Positions 19,611-29,002 of a stretch of DNA of 64,000 nt are shown piece after piece. The translations under genes were made by a program, and so were the position numbers. The notes under the pieces are model-generated. The model ran no database searches and was not told the origin of the DNA. It worked only from the letters and a program-made list of their open reading frames with translations. The stretch comes from an uncultured Chloroflexia bacterium (lineage in GTDB: Bacteria > Chloroflexota > Limnocylindria > Limnocylindrales > CSP1-4). Where the stretch lies: positions 214,210 to 278,209 of the forward strand of contig CAWGBA010000014.1 in NCBI GenBank assembly GCA_963820735.1, given 5' to 3'. Positions within the stretch are counted from its first letter, which is position 1. Each line of letters opens with the position of its first letter.

Positions 19611-20996
19611 GCGGGCGGGATGTTCACGTTGCCGCGAAACAGGTTCTCCGGGTCGTAGCGGCGCTTGATCTCGCGGAGCCGCGCGAGCGTCGGTTCCGGG
19701 TACGCCTTCTCGACGTGGTCGTCGTCGAGCATCAGGAAGTTCACGTAGGCGCCCGTTCGATCGGCATCGCGCAGCAGCGCCGACAGGCCGTCGGCCCAAG
19801 CGGCGCGCGTGCGACGGTCGTCGGGGTCGCCGCTCGTGAAGTTCACGACGACCGCCAGGAGCGGTGCATCGCGGTGCGCGAAGGCCGTCGCGTCGTTGGG
19901 AACGCGGCTCATCGCGCCACCCAGGACGCGCAACTGCACGGCTCGCACCGGCGCATCCGAAGCCGCCAGCGCGTCGAGGATGGCCTGCGCCTTGGTGGCG
20001 TCGATCGAGTCGAGGAAGAACGTTCGCTGCACCGGTGTCGGGCCGGTAGCTGGGGTCCTCCGGCATGTAGATCTCGGAGTACGCCATCGGCCGGAGCATG
20101 TCGGCGAGCGGCGTCGCGAGCGCCCGGAACGGCGCCATCTGGCGTTCGCCCTCCTGGACGTCGCCGAGGGCAACCATGAACGCGAAGATGATCGGCTTGC
20201 CGTGCGCCTCGGCCGGGAGGAACGGCATCGGCGGCGCGGGCATCACGTTCGCGATCGTGGAGAGGTCGTCCGACGCGGCGTTCGCGGCACGGATGAAGCC
20301 ATCGATCGTGTCGACCGTCGCGGGTAGCACGAGCATCCCGCCGTAGACCTGCCCAACGGGCTCGAGGCGGTACTGGAAGCGCGTCACCACCCCGAAATTG
20401 CCGCCTCCGCCGCGGATGGCCCAGAAGAGATCAGGCTCATGCTCGGCGTCCACGGCCCGGACCTGTCCGTCTGCCGTGACGATCTCCGCGGCCAGCAACG
20501 CGTCGATGGTCATGCCCAGCTTGCGTGCCACGTAGCCGATGCCGCCACCGAGCGTGATGCCGCTGATGCCGACCGACCCGGTGTCGCCGAAGCCGACGAG
20601 CAGGCCGTGCTCCTGGAGCGCCTTGGTCAGCGCCTCGGCCGTCCAGCCGCCGCCCGCCCAGGCGGTCCGGCCCTTGACGTCGATCTCGAGCGAACGCAGG
20701 TCGCGGACATCCAGCACGAGGCCGCCGTCGGCGTTGCGGTGGCCGAAGTCCGTGTGGCCGCCGGAGCGCACGGTCAGTGGCACGCGGTGTTCGCGGGCGA
20801 ATCGGACGACGCGTGACACGTCCTCGGCATCGGCAACGCGCGCGATGGCGGCGGGCCGGGGGTCCGTGCCGCCGATGAAGAGCTGACGGGTCTCGTCATA
20901 GTCGTCGGAAGACTGGGTGATCAACCGGCCGTGCAATGAGCCGGCGAGCTCGTCGTACGGGATGCCGGTTCGCGAGAGGGTCTGTGTATCGGTCAT
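19607..20996 (-). CDS. FAD-binding (PCMH) / berberine-bridge-like oxidoreductase; apparent frameshift near 20040
   Basis: ORF 19425..21053 holds the FAD_binding_4 part (VRSGGHTDFG..., GITLGGGIGY, WAIRGGGGNFGVVT). The BBE-like end (...LREIKRRYDPENLFRGNVNIPPA*) is in ORF 19607..20173. The join is ...EDPSYRP/TPVQRTFFLDS. Confidence 0.8.
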
Positions 20997-21151
20997 GGCT
21001 CCACCATGCCAATCCGCGCCGGATGCGTCAAACGCCTGCCGTGATGCATGCAACTCACTGCGCCAATCGGCGCGAGAACGCCGACAATGTCACCAAGGGT
21101 GCCGCGTTCAGCCAGCCATAGGCCGGACGTGCATGGGCGCCCCGCGACTCG

Positions 21152-22276
21152 ATGGGGCGCAACGTGTCCGTGGCATTAACGACGACTGAGCCTCGAGGCT
21201 CGCTCGAGAGCATCGTCACCCAGGAGATTCGCGAGGGTCCGGCGGCCATCCGCGAGACCATCGACCTCGTCTCGCCGCTGGTGGTGGACATCGCGAACAG
21301 CGTCGGCATCTCCGGCCGCCGGCGGATCTGGGCGATCGGCAACGGATCGCTGTTCAACTCGGTTCTCTACATGAGCGCCCTCGCGCAGCGACTGTCTGGA
21401 CCCGACGATCCGGTCGTCATCCCGGTGAGCAGCGCCGAGTTCGCTGCACATCGGCCCAGGTTGTCGCGCCACGACCTGGTCATCGGCGTGTCCGGTTCGG
21501 GCGCCTGCCAGGACGTGGTCGCGACGATGCGCGAGGTCAAGGGAATCGCCCCGACGATCGGCATCACCGGCACCCCGAATTCCCTGCTGACGCGCACCGC
21601 CGACCACGCGATCGTGCCGGGCGGCGGCCAGAGCGCGGTCCTCATCAAGACCAAGGCGTTCTCAGCGGTCACGACTGCCTGCGCCCTCCTGGTGACGGCG
21701 CTGATCGACGGTCCCTTCAGCGCGATCTGTGTGGGACTCCGACTCGCGGCCGACGATGCCGAACGGGCGATCGCCTCGTCGAGCCTGGTGGTCGACCAGA
21801 TCGCTGCCGAAGTCGCGCATTCCCAGCACGTGTTCGTCGTCGGCCATGGACTCGCCCTGCCGGCGGCCCTGGAGGCGGCCCTCAAGCTCAAGCAGATCGG
21901 GCTCGTCCACGCGGAGGCGCAGGAGTCCTGGGAGATGCGCTCCGGCGGCGTGACGATTGTCGGACCGGGAGACACCATCGTCGTGCTCGTGCCCGAGCGG
22001 AGAGGCACGCGAACCGGCGCAGACCTGGTTCGCGGCTACGAACGATGGGGAGTCGGCCAGGTCGTGGAGGTGAGCGCGACACGGACGCTCTCGGACTCCC
22101 GGCTGTTGCCGCTCCCACGGGGTGTCGACGACGTTTACGCGCCGCTCGTGGTCGTGCCGCCTGTCGTGCTCCTCGCCGTTGCCCTTGCGCGACTCCGCGG
22201 CGAAAACCCGGACCAGCCGAGCTGGCTGAAGCGATACCGGCAGCAATCGCTGCTGCGGCACGTCGTGCCCAGTTGA
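21152..22276 (+). CDS. SIS domain sugar-phosphate isomerase/aminotransferase-like protein
   Basis: Two SIS-like halves: RIWAIGNGSLFNSVLY..., VIGVSGSGACQDVVATMREVKG...TIGITG, VFVVGHGLALPAALEAALKLKQ. The exact start is uncertain. Confidence 0.7.
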   Translation: MGRNVSVALTTTEPRGSLESIVTQEIREGPAAIRETIDLVSPLVVDIANSVGISGRRRIWAIGNGSLFNSVLYMSALAQRLSGPDDPVVIPVSSAEFAAHRPRLSRHDLVIGVSGSGACQDVVATMREVKGIAPTIGITGTPNSLLTRTADHAIVPGGGQSAVLIKTKAFSAVTTACALLVTALIDGPFSAICVGLRLAADDAERAIASSSLVVDQIAAEVAHSQHVFVVGHGLALPAALEAALKLKQIGLVHAEAQESWEMRSGGVTIVGPGDTIVVLVPERRGTRTGADLVRGYERWGVGQVVEVSATRTLSDSRLLPLPRGVDDVYAPLVVVPPVVLLAVALARLRGENPDQPSWLKRYRQQSLLRHVVPS

Positions 22277-22297
22277 AAGTACCGGCGCCGCACACGG

Positions 22298-22498
22298 TCA
22301 GACATCCGAGTCATCACCGGCGCCTGAGTCGAACTCCGCCGACCATTCGATTTCATCGTCCATCTGCTGTCCGCGGTAGCACTCGCCGCAGAGCGGCCCA
22401 AGGGGAGGGAAGGGCTGATCCTCTGGGTCGCCAACGAGAGACAGCCCGCAAACGCGACACCGTTCGCCGTTGGGTCCCGACCTACCGACCTCGATCAC
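22298..22498 (-). CDS. Small CxxC...CxxC zinc-ribbon protein with an acidic tail
   Basis: 66 aa with a GTG start. RCRVCG...LCGECY, then DDEIEWSAEFDSGAGDDSDV. Confidence 0.5.
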   Translation of the reverse strand: MIEVGRSGPNGERCRVCGLSLVGDPEDQPFPPLGPLCGECYRGQQMDDEIEWSAEFDSGAGDDSDV

Positions 22499-22697
22499 GC
22501 GGTGACCTTCGCTGGCGGGCGTGCCAGCTTGGATGTCACAGGCGGTGGGGAAAACCCGATGACCGTCGAGCTGCTGCGTTCCACGCTCCAGCGCCTCTGG
22601 CCCGCTGCCCAGGACGTCATCCGGCCCGATCAGGTGTAGGCTCCGCGGGTAGACTTACGACGTAAGTCGCGAACACCCGTGAGGAACGTGCACCGAG

Positions 22698-23336
22698 ATG
22701 AACACCATTGCGCCTGCCGGCGACGCATCGCAGACCACTACGATCGTTGCCCCCATCGATGAGCTGAACAAGGTCGCCGAACAGCTTCGCCGCCACAACA
22801 TCGAGGCCGTCGTCGTTGACACAGCCGGCGAGGCGCGTTCGGCGGTTCTCGAACGGATCCCGGACGGTGCCGAGGTCCATTGGGGCAAGTCGCGCACGCT
22901 CGAGGACCTGGGGCTCGTGGAAGAGCTGACGAGCGGCCGGTACGACGCGCTTCGCCCGCGCATGTTGGCCATGGACCGCAAGACGCAGGGTCGTGAGATC
23001 CGCAAGCTGGTCAGCGCGCCCGATGTCGAACTCGGCAGCGTGGCGGCAATCACCGCGGACGGGGCACTCGTCGCCGCATCGGCAACCGGCAGCCAGTTGG
23101 CGGCCTACGCGGCGGGTGGCGGAAAGCTGATCCTTGTCGTCGGCAGCCAGAAGATCGTCGCCAACCTCGACGAGGCACTCCGACGCATTGACGAGACCGT
23201 CTTCCCGTACGAGAACGATCGCGTCAAGGAGCAATTGGGCGTGGAGACGCGCCTCGAGAAGGTGCTGATCCTCTACGGCGAGTGGAACCCCGACCGCACG
23301 ACCGTGATCCTGGTGCGCGAGCCCGTCGGCATCTGA
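22698..23336 (+). CDS. LUD (LutC-like, DUF162) domain protein
   Basis: 212 aa. ...LGSVAAITADGALVAASATGSQL...KLILVVGSQKIV..LDEALRRI... Confidence 0.7.
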   Translation: MNTIAPAGDASQTTTIVAPIDELNKVAEQLRRHNIEAVVVDTAGEARSAVLERIPDGAEVHWGKSRTLEDLGLVEELTSGRYDALRPRMLAMDRKTQGREIRKLVSAPDVELGSVAAITADGALVAASATGSQLAAYAAGGGKLILVVGSQKIVANLDEALRRIDETVFPYENDRVKEQLGVETRLEKVLILYGEWNPDRTTVILVREPVGI

Positions 23337-23432
23337 TCGTGTCGAACGACGCACAACCAGACGGTTCTGACCTGGCCCGCTAGGCGATCACGCCAACTTC
23401 ATGGATTGACTCTTGATCTCACGGTGCGCACC

Positions 23433-23687
23433 ATGAGCACTGTGAAACGAGCGACGATTTCACAGGGTGGACAGGTCCAGGTTCCCGCCGAGGTCCGTAG
23501 ACGCTGGGAAACGCGCGAGGTCCTGATCGAGGACCGCGGAGGCTCGATCGTCGTGCGTCCGCTTCCCGACGATCCGATCGGTGCGGCGCTCGCCCTGCTT
23601 CTTGGGTCCGGACCATCAGCTGACGAGATCCGGCGCCGGAGTCGCGAGGAGGATGCGGAGAACGACGACCGCACCAGTCGCGCATGA
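23433..23687 (+). CDS. vapB: AbrB/SpoVT-type antitoxin VapB
   Basis: MSTVKRATISQGGQVQVPAEVRRRW...IVVRPLPDDP. 4-nt overlap with the downstream PIN gene. Confidence 0.75.
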   Translation: MSTVKRATISQGGQVQVPAEVRRRWETREVLIEDRGGSIVVRPLPDDPIGAALALLLGSGPSADEIRRRSREEDAENDDRTSRA

Positions 23688-24121
23688 CGGTGCTGGATGC
23701 GTCCGCGTTGATGGCCGCGCTTCTCGGCGAGCCTGCGCGGGACATGGTCGAGGGCATCCTCCGATCGAAGGAGGACCGACCCAAGATCTCCGCGGTCAAT
23801 GTGGCCGAGGTCATCGATGGCCTGACCCGGGTGGCCGGCCGTCCGCTGGAGCGAGTCGAAGAGGCGATCGATTGGCTTCGAGCAGGAGGCCTCGTGATCG
23901 TGCCGGTGACGGAGTCGATCGGGCGTTCCGCCGGAGAGCTGCGCGCCGCTTCCTACCATCGAGTTGACGCCCCGATCTCGCTCGCCGACTGCATCGCCCT
24001 GGCCACGGCGAGGAGTGTCGAGGATCCAGTGGCAACGACGGATCCCGCTGTGGCTGCGGCCGCGCGACGAGTGGGGATCGACGTCATCGCGCTGCCCGAC
24101 TCGCGCGGCGCGAGACCCTGA
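23684..24121 (+). CDS. vapC: PIN-domain toxin VapC
   Basis: MTVLDASALMAAL..., ISLADCIALATA. Confidence 0.85.
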   Translation: MTVLDASALMAALLGEPARDMVEGILRSKEDRPKISAVNVAEVIDGLTRVAGRPLERVEEAIDWLRAGGLVIVPVTESIGRSAGELRAASYHRVDAPISLADCIALATARSVEDPVATTDPAVAAAARRVGIDVIALPDSRGARP

Positions 24122-24293
24122 CTGGCGCACGGCCAGGGCCGAGACTTCGCCTGCGGCGATTTGGCGGAACGATCAGCGCTTGGCGCCGAAGAACGTTTCC
24201 AGCACCGTGGAAACCGGGTTTCATCAGGTCGCTACCCTACCGGGCACGCTCGACCGATGAGCCGACCCGACGAGACGAGGGACCTAGGAAGCG

Positions 24294-24506
24294 ATGTTCG
24301 ACACGGTGAAGCGGGCGATGCACCGCCACAACGACGGCAGCTGGGAGGAGATGCGTCCCAGCGAGGACGTCTCGGAGGCGCAGCTCGATCCCGAGCGCCA
24401 ATGGCTCAAGGATGGCGTCGTCTACAAGTGCCCCTGCGGCGACTCGTTCTTCGTGCAGCACGGCGACCACGGCAGCAACGACCTGCTTGCGGTTCCGCAC
24501 GCGTAG
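24294..24506 (+). CDS. Small hypothetical protein (70 aa)
   Basis: AGGAAG RBS 4 nt upstream of the ATG. Strong G/C at third codon positions. No recognisable family. Confidence 0.5.
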   Translation: MFDTVKRAMHRHNDGSWEEMRPSEDVSEAQLDPERQWLKDGVVYKCPCGDSFFVQHGDHGSNDLLAVPHA

Positions 24507-24660
24507 CGCGCTCGCCCTTCCTGTGCGCCCCGAACGGACAGCAGGTGCTGCGAGCCCATGCTGAGGCCACGGCGAAGCAAGGCACTGTTAAACCGGATCA
24601 TCCATGCGGGCGGCGGCTTGGTCGCCATCGGTGCGAACGCTACCCAACTCTGCCGCGCAG

Positions 24661-24732
24661 GACGACAAACGGGACCCGGCCTTGCGGCACGGATCCCGTT
24701 GTAGATCTCGACGACCGCCCGCGAACGGGCGG
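24661..24732 (-). terminator. Two hairpins downstream of csp (putative terminator region)
   Basis: Minus strand: CCGCCCG-ttcg-CGGGCGG 8 nt after the stop, then GGGATCCG...CGGGTCCC followed by GTTTGTCGTC. The U tract is weak. Confidence 0.4.
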
Positions 24733-24739
24733 CAAGGTG

Positions 24740-24943
24740 CTAGGCCGAGTGGACGTGTGACGCGCGAGGGCCCTTGGGACTGGCCTCGACGTCGAACGTC
24801 ACCTTCTCGCCGCCATTGAGGTGGTCGAAGTCAAGCGACGAGTCGAGCTCGTTGCGGTGGAAGAAGTACTCGTTGCCGTCCTCGGCTGCGATGAAACCGA
24901 AGCCTCGATCAGCAACGACCTTCTTGATGCTACCTGCGGTCAT
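24740..24943 (-). CDS. cspA: Cold-shock protein (CspA family)
   Basis: MTAGSIKKVVADRGFGFIAAEDGNEYFFHRNEL... carries the RNP1/RNP2 motifs. The internal ATG has a GAAAGGGG RBS. The 5' part of ORF 24740..25171 is probably a long leader. Confidence 0.9.
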   Translation of the reverse strand: MTAGSIKKVVADRGFGFIAAEDGNEYFFHRNELDSSLDFDHLNGGEKVTFDVEASPKGPRASHVHSA

Positions 24944-25276
24944 GGTGACCCCTTTCAATTTCCCGAACTTCAAACGGCCAGCGCACCGGCCCGTTCGAGA
25001 CGAGGTCACCACGCGAACACGCACACTGCGTGCGAGACCACGGTACACCCGAATGAAATCGTGCTTGCATCGATCCATCGTGGCGCGTACGCTGCGCGCC
25101 GCCGCCGACCGCGGAGCCAATCGACAGCAGAAAGGAGGGCAGCGCCGTGAGAGACGTCCACGCCGCAGCATGCCCGCCCGCCGATCGGTTCGCCGCGCCC
25201 ACCCTCGAGGTGGTCTTCACCCGCTGACACTCCGATCGACGGGGACTCATTTCCCCGTTATCTGGAGATCTTTCGC

Positions 25277-26044
25277 GTGTCCACGCTCGTTACCGCCGAG
25301 CGCCGCGCCCCCGACTGGCTCATCACCGAGGGCTACGAGGACGTCCGGCTCGGCACCCTGAAATCCGGCAAGGAGGCCGAGGTCTTCCTGGTCGAGCGCA
25401 TCGGCGAGACCCGGAGCTGCTTCCTTGCCCATAAGCGTTATCGCCCGCGAACGCCCGAGTACAAGGGCCAGCTCCAGGAGCTGGGCTTCTCAAAGGGCAC
25501 CATCTACCGGTCCGACGCGGTCTATCGCGCGGGCTGGAACCTCAAGTCGCGCGACCAGCGCGCCGTCGACAAGAAAACCGACCACGGCCGCGACGTCGTC
25601 GCCGCAATGTGGCCGATCAACGAGATCACGATGCTCCGGCGCGCGTGGGACGCCGGCGCGAGCGTGCCGTATCCAGTCGACGTCGTCGACGACGGCGTGC
25701 TGATGCAGTTCATGGGGGAGGGGCAGGTCGCCGCCCCGCGTCTCGTCGATGCCCGCCTCGATCGCGACAGTCTGGCCCACGCGTGGCGCCAACTGGTCGA
25801 CAACCTCCGGCTGCTGACAACGGCCAAGCTCGTCCACAGCGACCTATCCGTGTACAACCTGCTCTGGTTCGAAGGTCGAGTCGTGGTCATCGACTTCCCG
25901 CAGGCCGTGGACGTGATCGTCAATCCCGCAGCGCCCGGGCTGCTGCATCGCGACGTCACCAACGTGGCGACCTGGTTCGGACGGCACGGCGTCCAGGTCG
26001 ACCCGGAGCGCGTCTTCGGGCAGCTGCTTTCGCTCATGTGGTGA
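25277..26044 (+). CDS. RIO1-family atypical serine kinase
   Basis: LKSGKEAEVFLV (ATP-binding Lys), LVHSDLSVYNLLWFEGRVVVIDFPQAVD (catalytic and metal-binding loops). Confidence 0.8.
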   Translation: MSTLVTAERRAPDWLITEGYEDVRLGTLKSGKEAEVFLVERIGETRSCFLAHKRYRPRTPEYKGQLQELGFSKGTIYRSDAVYRAGWNLKSRDQRAVDKKTDHGRDVVAAMWPINEITMLRRAWDAGASVPYPVDVVDDGVLMQFMGEGQVAAPRLVDARLDRDSLAHAWRQLVDNLRLLTTAKLVHSDLSVYNLLWFEGRVVVIDFPQAVDVIVNPAAPGLLHRDVTNVATWFGRHGVQVDPERVFGQLLSLMW

Positions 26045-26075
26045 AAACGCCCCGCACGGGGCATCATCAGCAGTC

Positions 26076-26408
26076 ATGGCAAACATCTCGAACGATCCTC
26101 GGTTCGCGAAGCTCCAGGCTGAGTACGCCGACGATCCACGCGTGACGATGGGCACAGGGTTCGGGCCGAAGGCGGGCATGCGCGTTGACGGGCGGATCTT
26201 CGCCATGGTGGTCCACGGCGGCATCGCGCTGAAGCTGCCGCGGGACCGGGTGCAGACACTCGTCGACACGGGCGCCGGTCGCGTGTTCGGCATGGGCAAG
26301 AAGCGGCCGATGAAAGAATGGGTGTCGATCGCGGTCGACTCGCCCGACGCCCACGCGCTCGTGGCCGAGGCCTACGCCTTCGCGGGAGGCACCGAGCTCG
26401 GCGCCTGA
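26076..26408 (+). CDS. TfoX N-terminal-domain-like protein
   Basis: 110 aa. ...GMRVDGRIFAMVVHGGIALKLPRDRVQTLV...PMKEWVSIAVDSP... The family assignment is tentative. Confidence 0.5.
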   Translation: MANISNDPRFAKLQAEYADDPRVTMGTGFGPKAGMRVDGRIFAMVVHGGIALKLPRDRVQTLVDTGAGRVFGMGKKRPMKEWVSIAVDSPDAHALVAEAYAFAGGTELGA

Positions 26409-26461
26409 GCAGGGTTTCGGCGGGCTCCGAGGATCGCAGCCGCAGGCGCGAGGCGTGGCCT

Positions 26462-26630
26462 CCAGGCACAAGGAGCGAAGTCCAGGCACAAGGGGCGACG
26501 TCCCAGGCACAAGGGGCGGCGACGTTTCTCAGGCCATGAGCGACGTCTCAGGCACAACGGGCGAAGTCTCAGGCACAACGGGCGAAGTCTCAGGCACATG
26601 AGCGACGTCCCAGGCACAAGGGGCGACGTC
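26462..26630. repeat. Head-to-tail array of 8 (plus 1 degenerate) 19-26-bp units, consensus CCAGGCACAAGGGGCGACGT
   Basis: Units read directly: CCAGGCACAAGGAGCGAAGT, CCAGGCACAAGGGGCGACGT, CCCAGGCACAAGGGGCGGCGACGTTT, CTCAGGCCATGAGCGACGT, CTCAGGCACAACGGGCGAAGT (x2), CTCAGGCACATGAGCGACGT, CCCAGGCACAAGGGGCGACGT. There are no spacers. Open frames across the array are short and not protein-like. Confidence 0.9.
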
Positions 26631-26811
26631 CTAGCAATCGGCGTAGTGCTATGTCGAGCGATGGGCCAAATGTGGCTCTGCTACCAATGGGCGTGGTAGG
26701 CGGCACGGATTCCGGCCGCTGGACGGGTTTTCGCCGCGCAATCCGCGCATACGACCACACCCGTTACTAAACGGAACTGCCGCACCCGTCACCAAAGCCG
26801 ACCCGGCGCGA

Positions 26812-26914
26812 GACGACCGCCGATGGGCACCTCGCGCTCGAATCAACCGCCCGTGGGCACCTCGCGCTCGAATCAACCGCCCGTGGGCACCTCGCGTTCG
26901 AGTTCGACCACCAG
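26812..26914. repeat. About 3.3 tandem copies of a 30-bp unit that includes the 3' end and stop codon of the DUF385 gene
   Basis: The plus-strand unit gggcacctcgcgctcgaatcaaccgcccgt occurs at 26825, 26855 and 26885 (the last copy diverged). On the coding strand each unit reads (F/L)EREVPTGG-TGA in frame. Confidence 0.9.
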
Positions 26915-27256
26915 CGCAAACGAGTGTCGCGCCCAGCGGCTCAACGGGGCACCTTCGGTCCAGCCCTGGTACTTGGCCGCGAGCACCCGGCGGGCGACGC
27001 CATCTTCGTCCGTGCCGGGCTCCACGGCGCGTGCCGAACCGACGTACGTGCCATTCCCCAGCCGAAGGCTGACCGTCCCTGCCGCGAGGCTGTTTCGAAC
27101 CCAGTTCGCCGCCGCGCCGCCTCCGGCGAGGAAGTAGACCGTCGTGCCGCGCAGGCCGAACCAGAGCTCGACCGTGCGGGGCTGACCGGAGACGCGACCC
27201 GCCGCCGTCAGCCAGGCGTACGGCTGCGAGCCGGCGTCGACCGGGAGGTCGGCCAC
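26873..27256 (-). CDS. DUF385 / deazaflavin(F420)-dependent nitroreductase-family protein
   Basis: 127 aa. ...GQPRTVELWF...TVYFLAGGGAAANWVRNSLAAGTVSLRLG... is typical of the PNPOx-like DUF385 fold. Confidence 0.6.
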   Translation of the reverse strand: MADLPVDAGSQPYAWLTAAGRVSGQPRTVELWFGLRGTTVYFLAGGGAAANWVRNSLAAGTVSLRLGNGTYVGSARAVEPGTDEDGVARRVLAAKYQGWTEGAPLSRWARHSFALVVELEREVPTGG

Positions 27257-27261
27257 CGAGG

Positions 27262-28861
27262 TCAGGGCGTGGGCTCCGCAGCAGCGTGCTCGTCCATCGT
27301 GCGCGCCGGCCGATCCTCGGCCGCATCCGCTGACTCCACCGGCGTCGCCGCGCGTGCCGGCAGCCAGATCAGGGCGATCAACGCACCGCCGACCGCGACG
27401 ACCGCACCGATGATCGAGGTGGTCGTCAGCGCATGGATGAACGAGTCACGCGCGGTTGCCAGGAGTTCAGCCCCCACCTCACCGCCGATCTGTTGCGCCA
27501 CAGCGGCGGCCCCGGCCAACGAATCGTGGATGGCCTGGTTGGCCTGGGCCGCGAACGGGCCGAGCGGCAGTGGCCCGACGGCATCCATGGCTGCACTGTA
27601 GGTCGCCGCGAAGATGCTGCCCAGCACGGCCACGCCGAGCGCACCACCAATCTCACGCGTGGTGTCGTTGACCGCCGACCCAACGCCGAACTGCTCTGGC
27701 GGCAGTGCACCCATGATCGCGTCGGTTGCCGGCGTCATCGCCAGGCCGATGCCGAACGAGGCGACGAAGAGGATCCCCGACACCGTGAGATCGCTGCTGT
27801 CGGTTCGCAGCAGGACCATCGACGCGAGCCCGACGGCGATGGTCAGCAGCCCGGCCGTGGTCGTGATCTTGGCGCCGAAGCGCTTGGTCATCCCGGCACT
27901 GAGCCCTGACGCCAGTGCTACGCCAACTGCGATCGGGATGAACCGCAAGCCCGTCTGCAGCGCAGACAAGCCGAGCACCTGTTGCAGGTAGAGCGTCACG
28001 AAGAACAGCGCGCCGTTGAGCGCGAAGAAGACGAGGGTGACCGAGAGGCTCGCGGCGGAAAAGCGCGGGTTGCGAAAGAGCGCCACGTCGAGCATCGGCT
28101 CGGGGATGCGCCGCTCCCACCACACGAACAGGACCGATGAAGACCGCGGCGGTCACGAACGAGGCGAGGATCTGTGGGTCCGTCCAGCCGTGTGAAGGCA
28201 CCTCGATGATCGCGTAGACGAGGGTGATGAGGGCGACCACGGAGAACGTGGCGCCGATCCAGTCCAGCTTCACCTGTCGCGCGGACCGCGACTCAGGCAC
28301 GAAGTAGAGCGTCAAGGCGATGCCCAGGATCGCGAATGGGACGTTGATGAGGAAGACCGACGGCCAGTTGAAGTGGTCCAGCAGATAGCCGCCGAGCAGG
28401 GGGCCGGCAACGATGCCGATCGCGGAGATCGAGCCCCACGCGGCGATTGCCTTGGGCCGCTCGTCCGCATCGAACACGGCGGCGATGATCGAAAGCGTGG
28501 CCGGCATCACGAACGCGGCACCGAGGCCCATGAACGCGCGCAGCGCGATGAGCTGCTCGGAGGTGGTGACCAGCGGCGTGAGCGCGGAGCCGAAGCCGAA
28601 GAGCGCGAGGCCGATCAGCAGCATTCGCCGGCGGCCGTAGCGATCCGAAAGGGCTCCCGAGAGGAGCAGCAGCCCGGCGAAGACGAGGATGTAGGCGTCG
28701 ATCATCCACTGGAGATCGGACGCGCTGGCATGGAGGTCGACGGCCAGCGTCGGCAGCGCGATCACGAGGATCGTGTTGTCCACGCTGATCCCGAACAGCG
28801 CCAGGATCAGGACGATCAGGATGATCCAGCGTCGCGGATTTCGAGTGACGGTCGCAGTCAT
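27262..28861 (-). CDS. MFS drug:H+ antiporter (DHA2/EmrB-QacA family); apparent frameshift near 28130
   Basis: The N-terminal half is in ORF 27653..28861 (LPTLAVDLHASASDLQWMIDAYILVFAGLLLLSGALSDRYGRRR). The C-terminal half is in ORF 27262..28125. The join is ...FVTAAVFIG/LFVWWERRIPEPMLDVALF. Confidence 0.8.
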
Positions 28862-28927
28862 GGCAAGGCCCCGGCAAACGGTGTGGTGACGGTCGATGAC
28901 GTGGGCCGCAGCCGGGTCGCCACCGCT

Positions 28928-28999
28928 CTCGTACAGTGTTCGAGCGATCGGTAGAAAAGTAACTCGAACACTGTGCGAGTGTCAAGTACACTGTTCGAG
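28928..28999. promoter_or_regulatory. Three 17-bp palindromic operators (CTCGnACAnTGTnCGAG) in the divergent MFS/TetR intergenic region
   Basis: 28928-28944 CTCGTACAGTGTTCGAG. 28963-28979 CTCGAACACTGTGCGAG. 28983-28999 CAAGTACACTGTTCGAG (half-degenerate). The third site ends 3 nt before the TetR GTG start. Confidence 0.7.
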
Positions 29000-29002
29000 T
29001 AA

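Noticed and set aside
26873-26875. TGA recoding or read-through (alternative genetic code) as an explanation for in-frame TGA-containing repeats at two gene ends.
   Set aside because: TGA terminates many full-length, family-typical proteins in this window at the expected positions (ERCC4 protein, CopCD, CPBP and others). The high GC content is unlike known UGA-reassigned lineages.
26825-26884. tRNA-like T-loop (gctcgaatca) inside the 30-bp repeat.
   Set aside because: No flanking acceptor, D or anticodon arms can be folded. The word is part of a coding-derived repeat.
26462-26914. Possible CRISPR array.
   Set aside because: The repeat units abut directly, with no unique spacers. The units are only 20-30 bp and degenerate. 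No cas genes are in the window.
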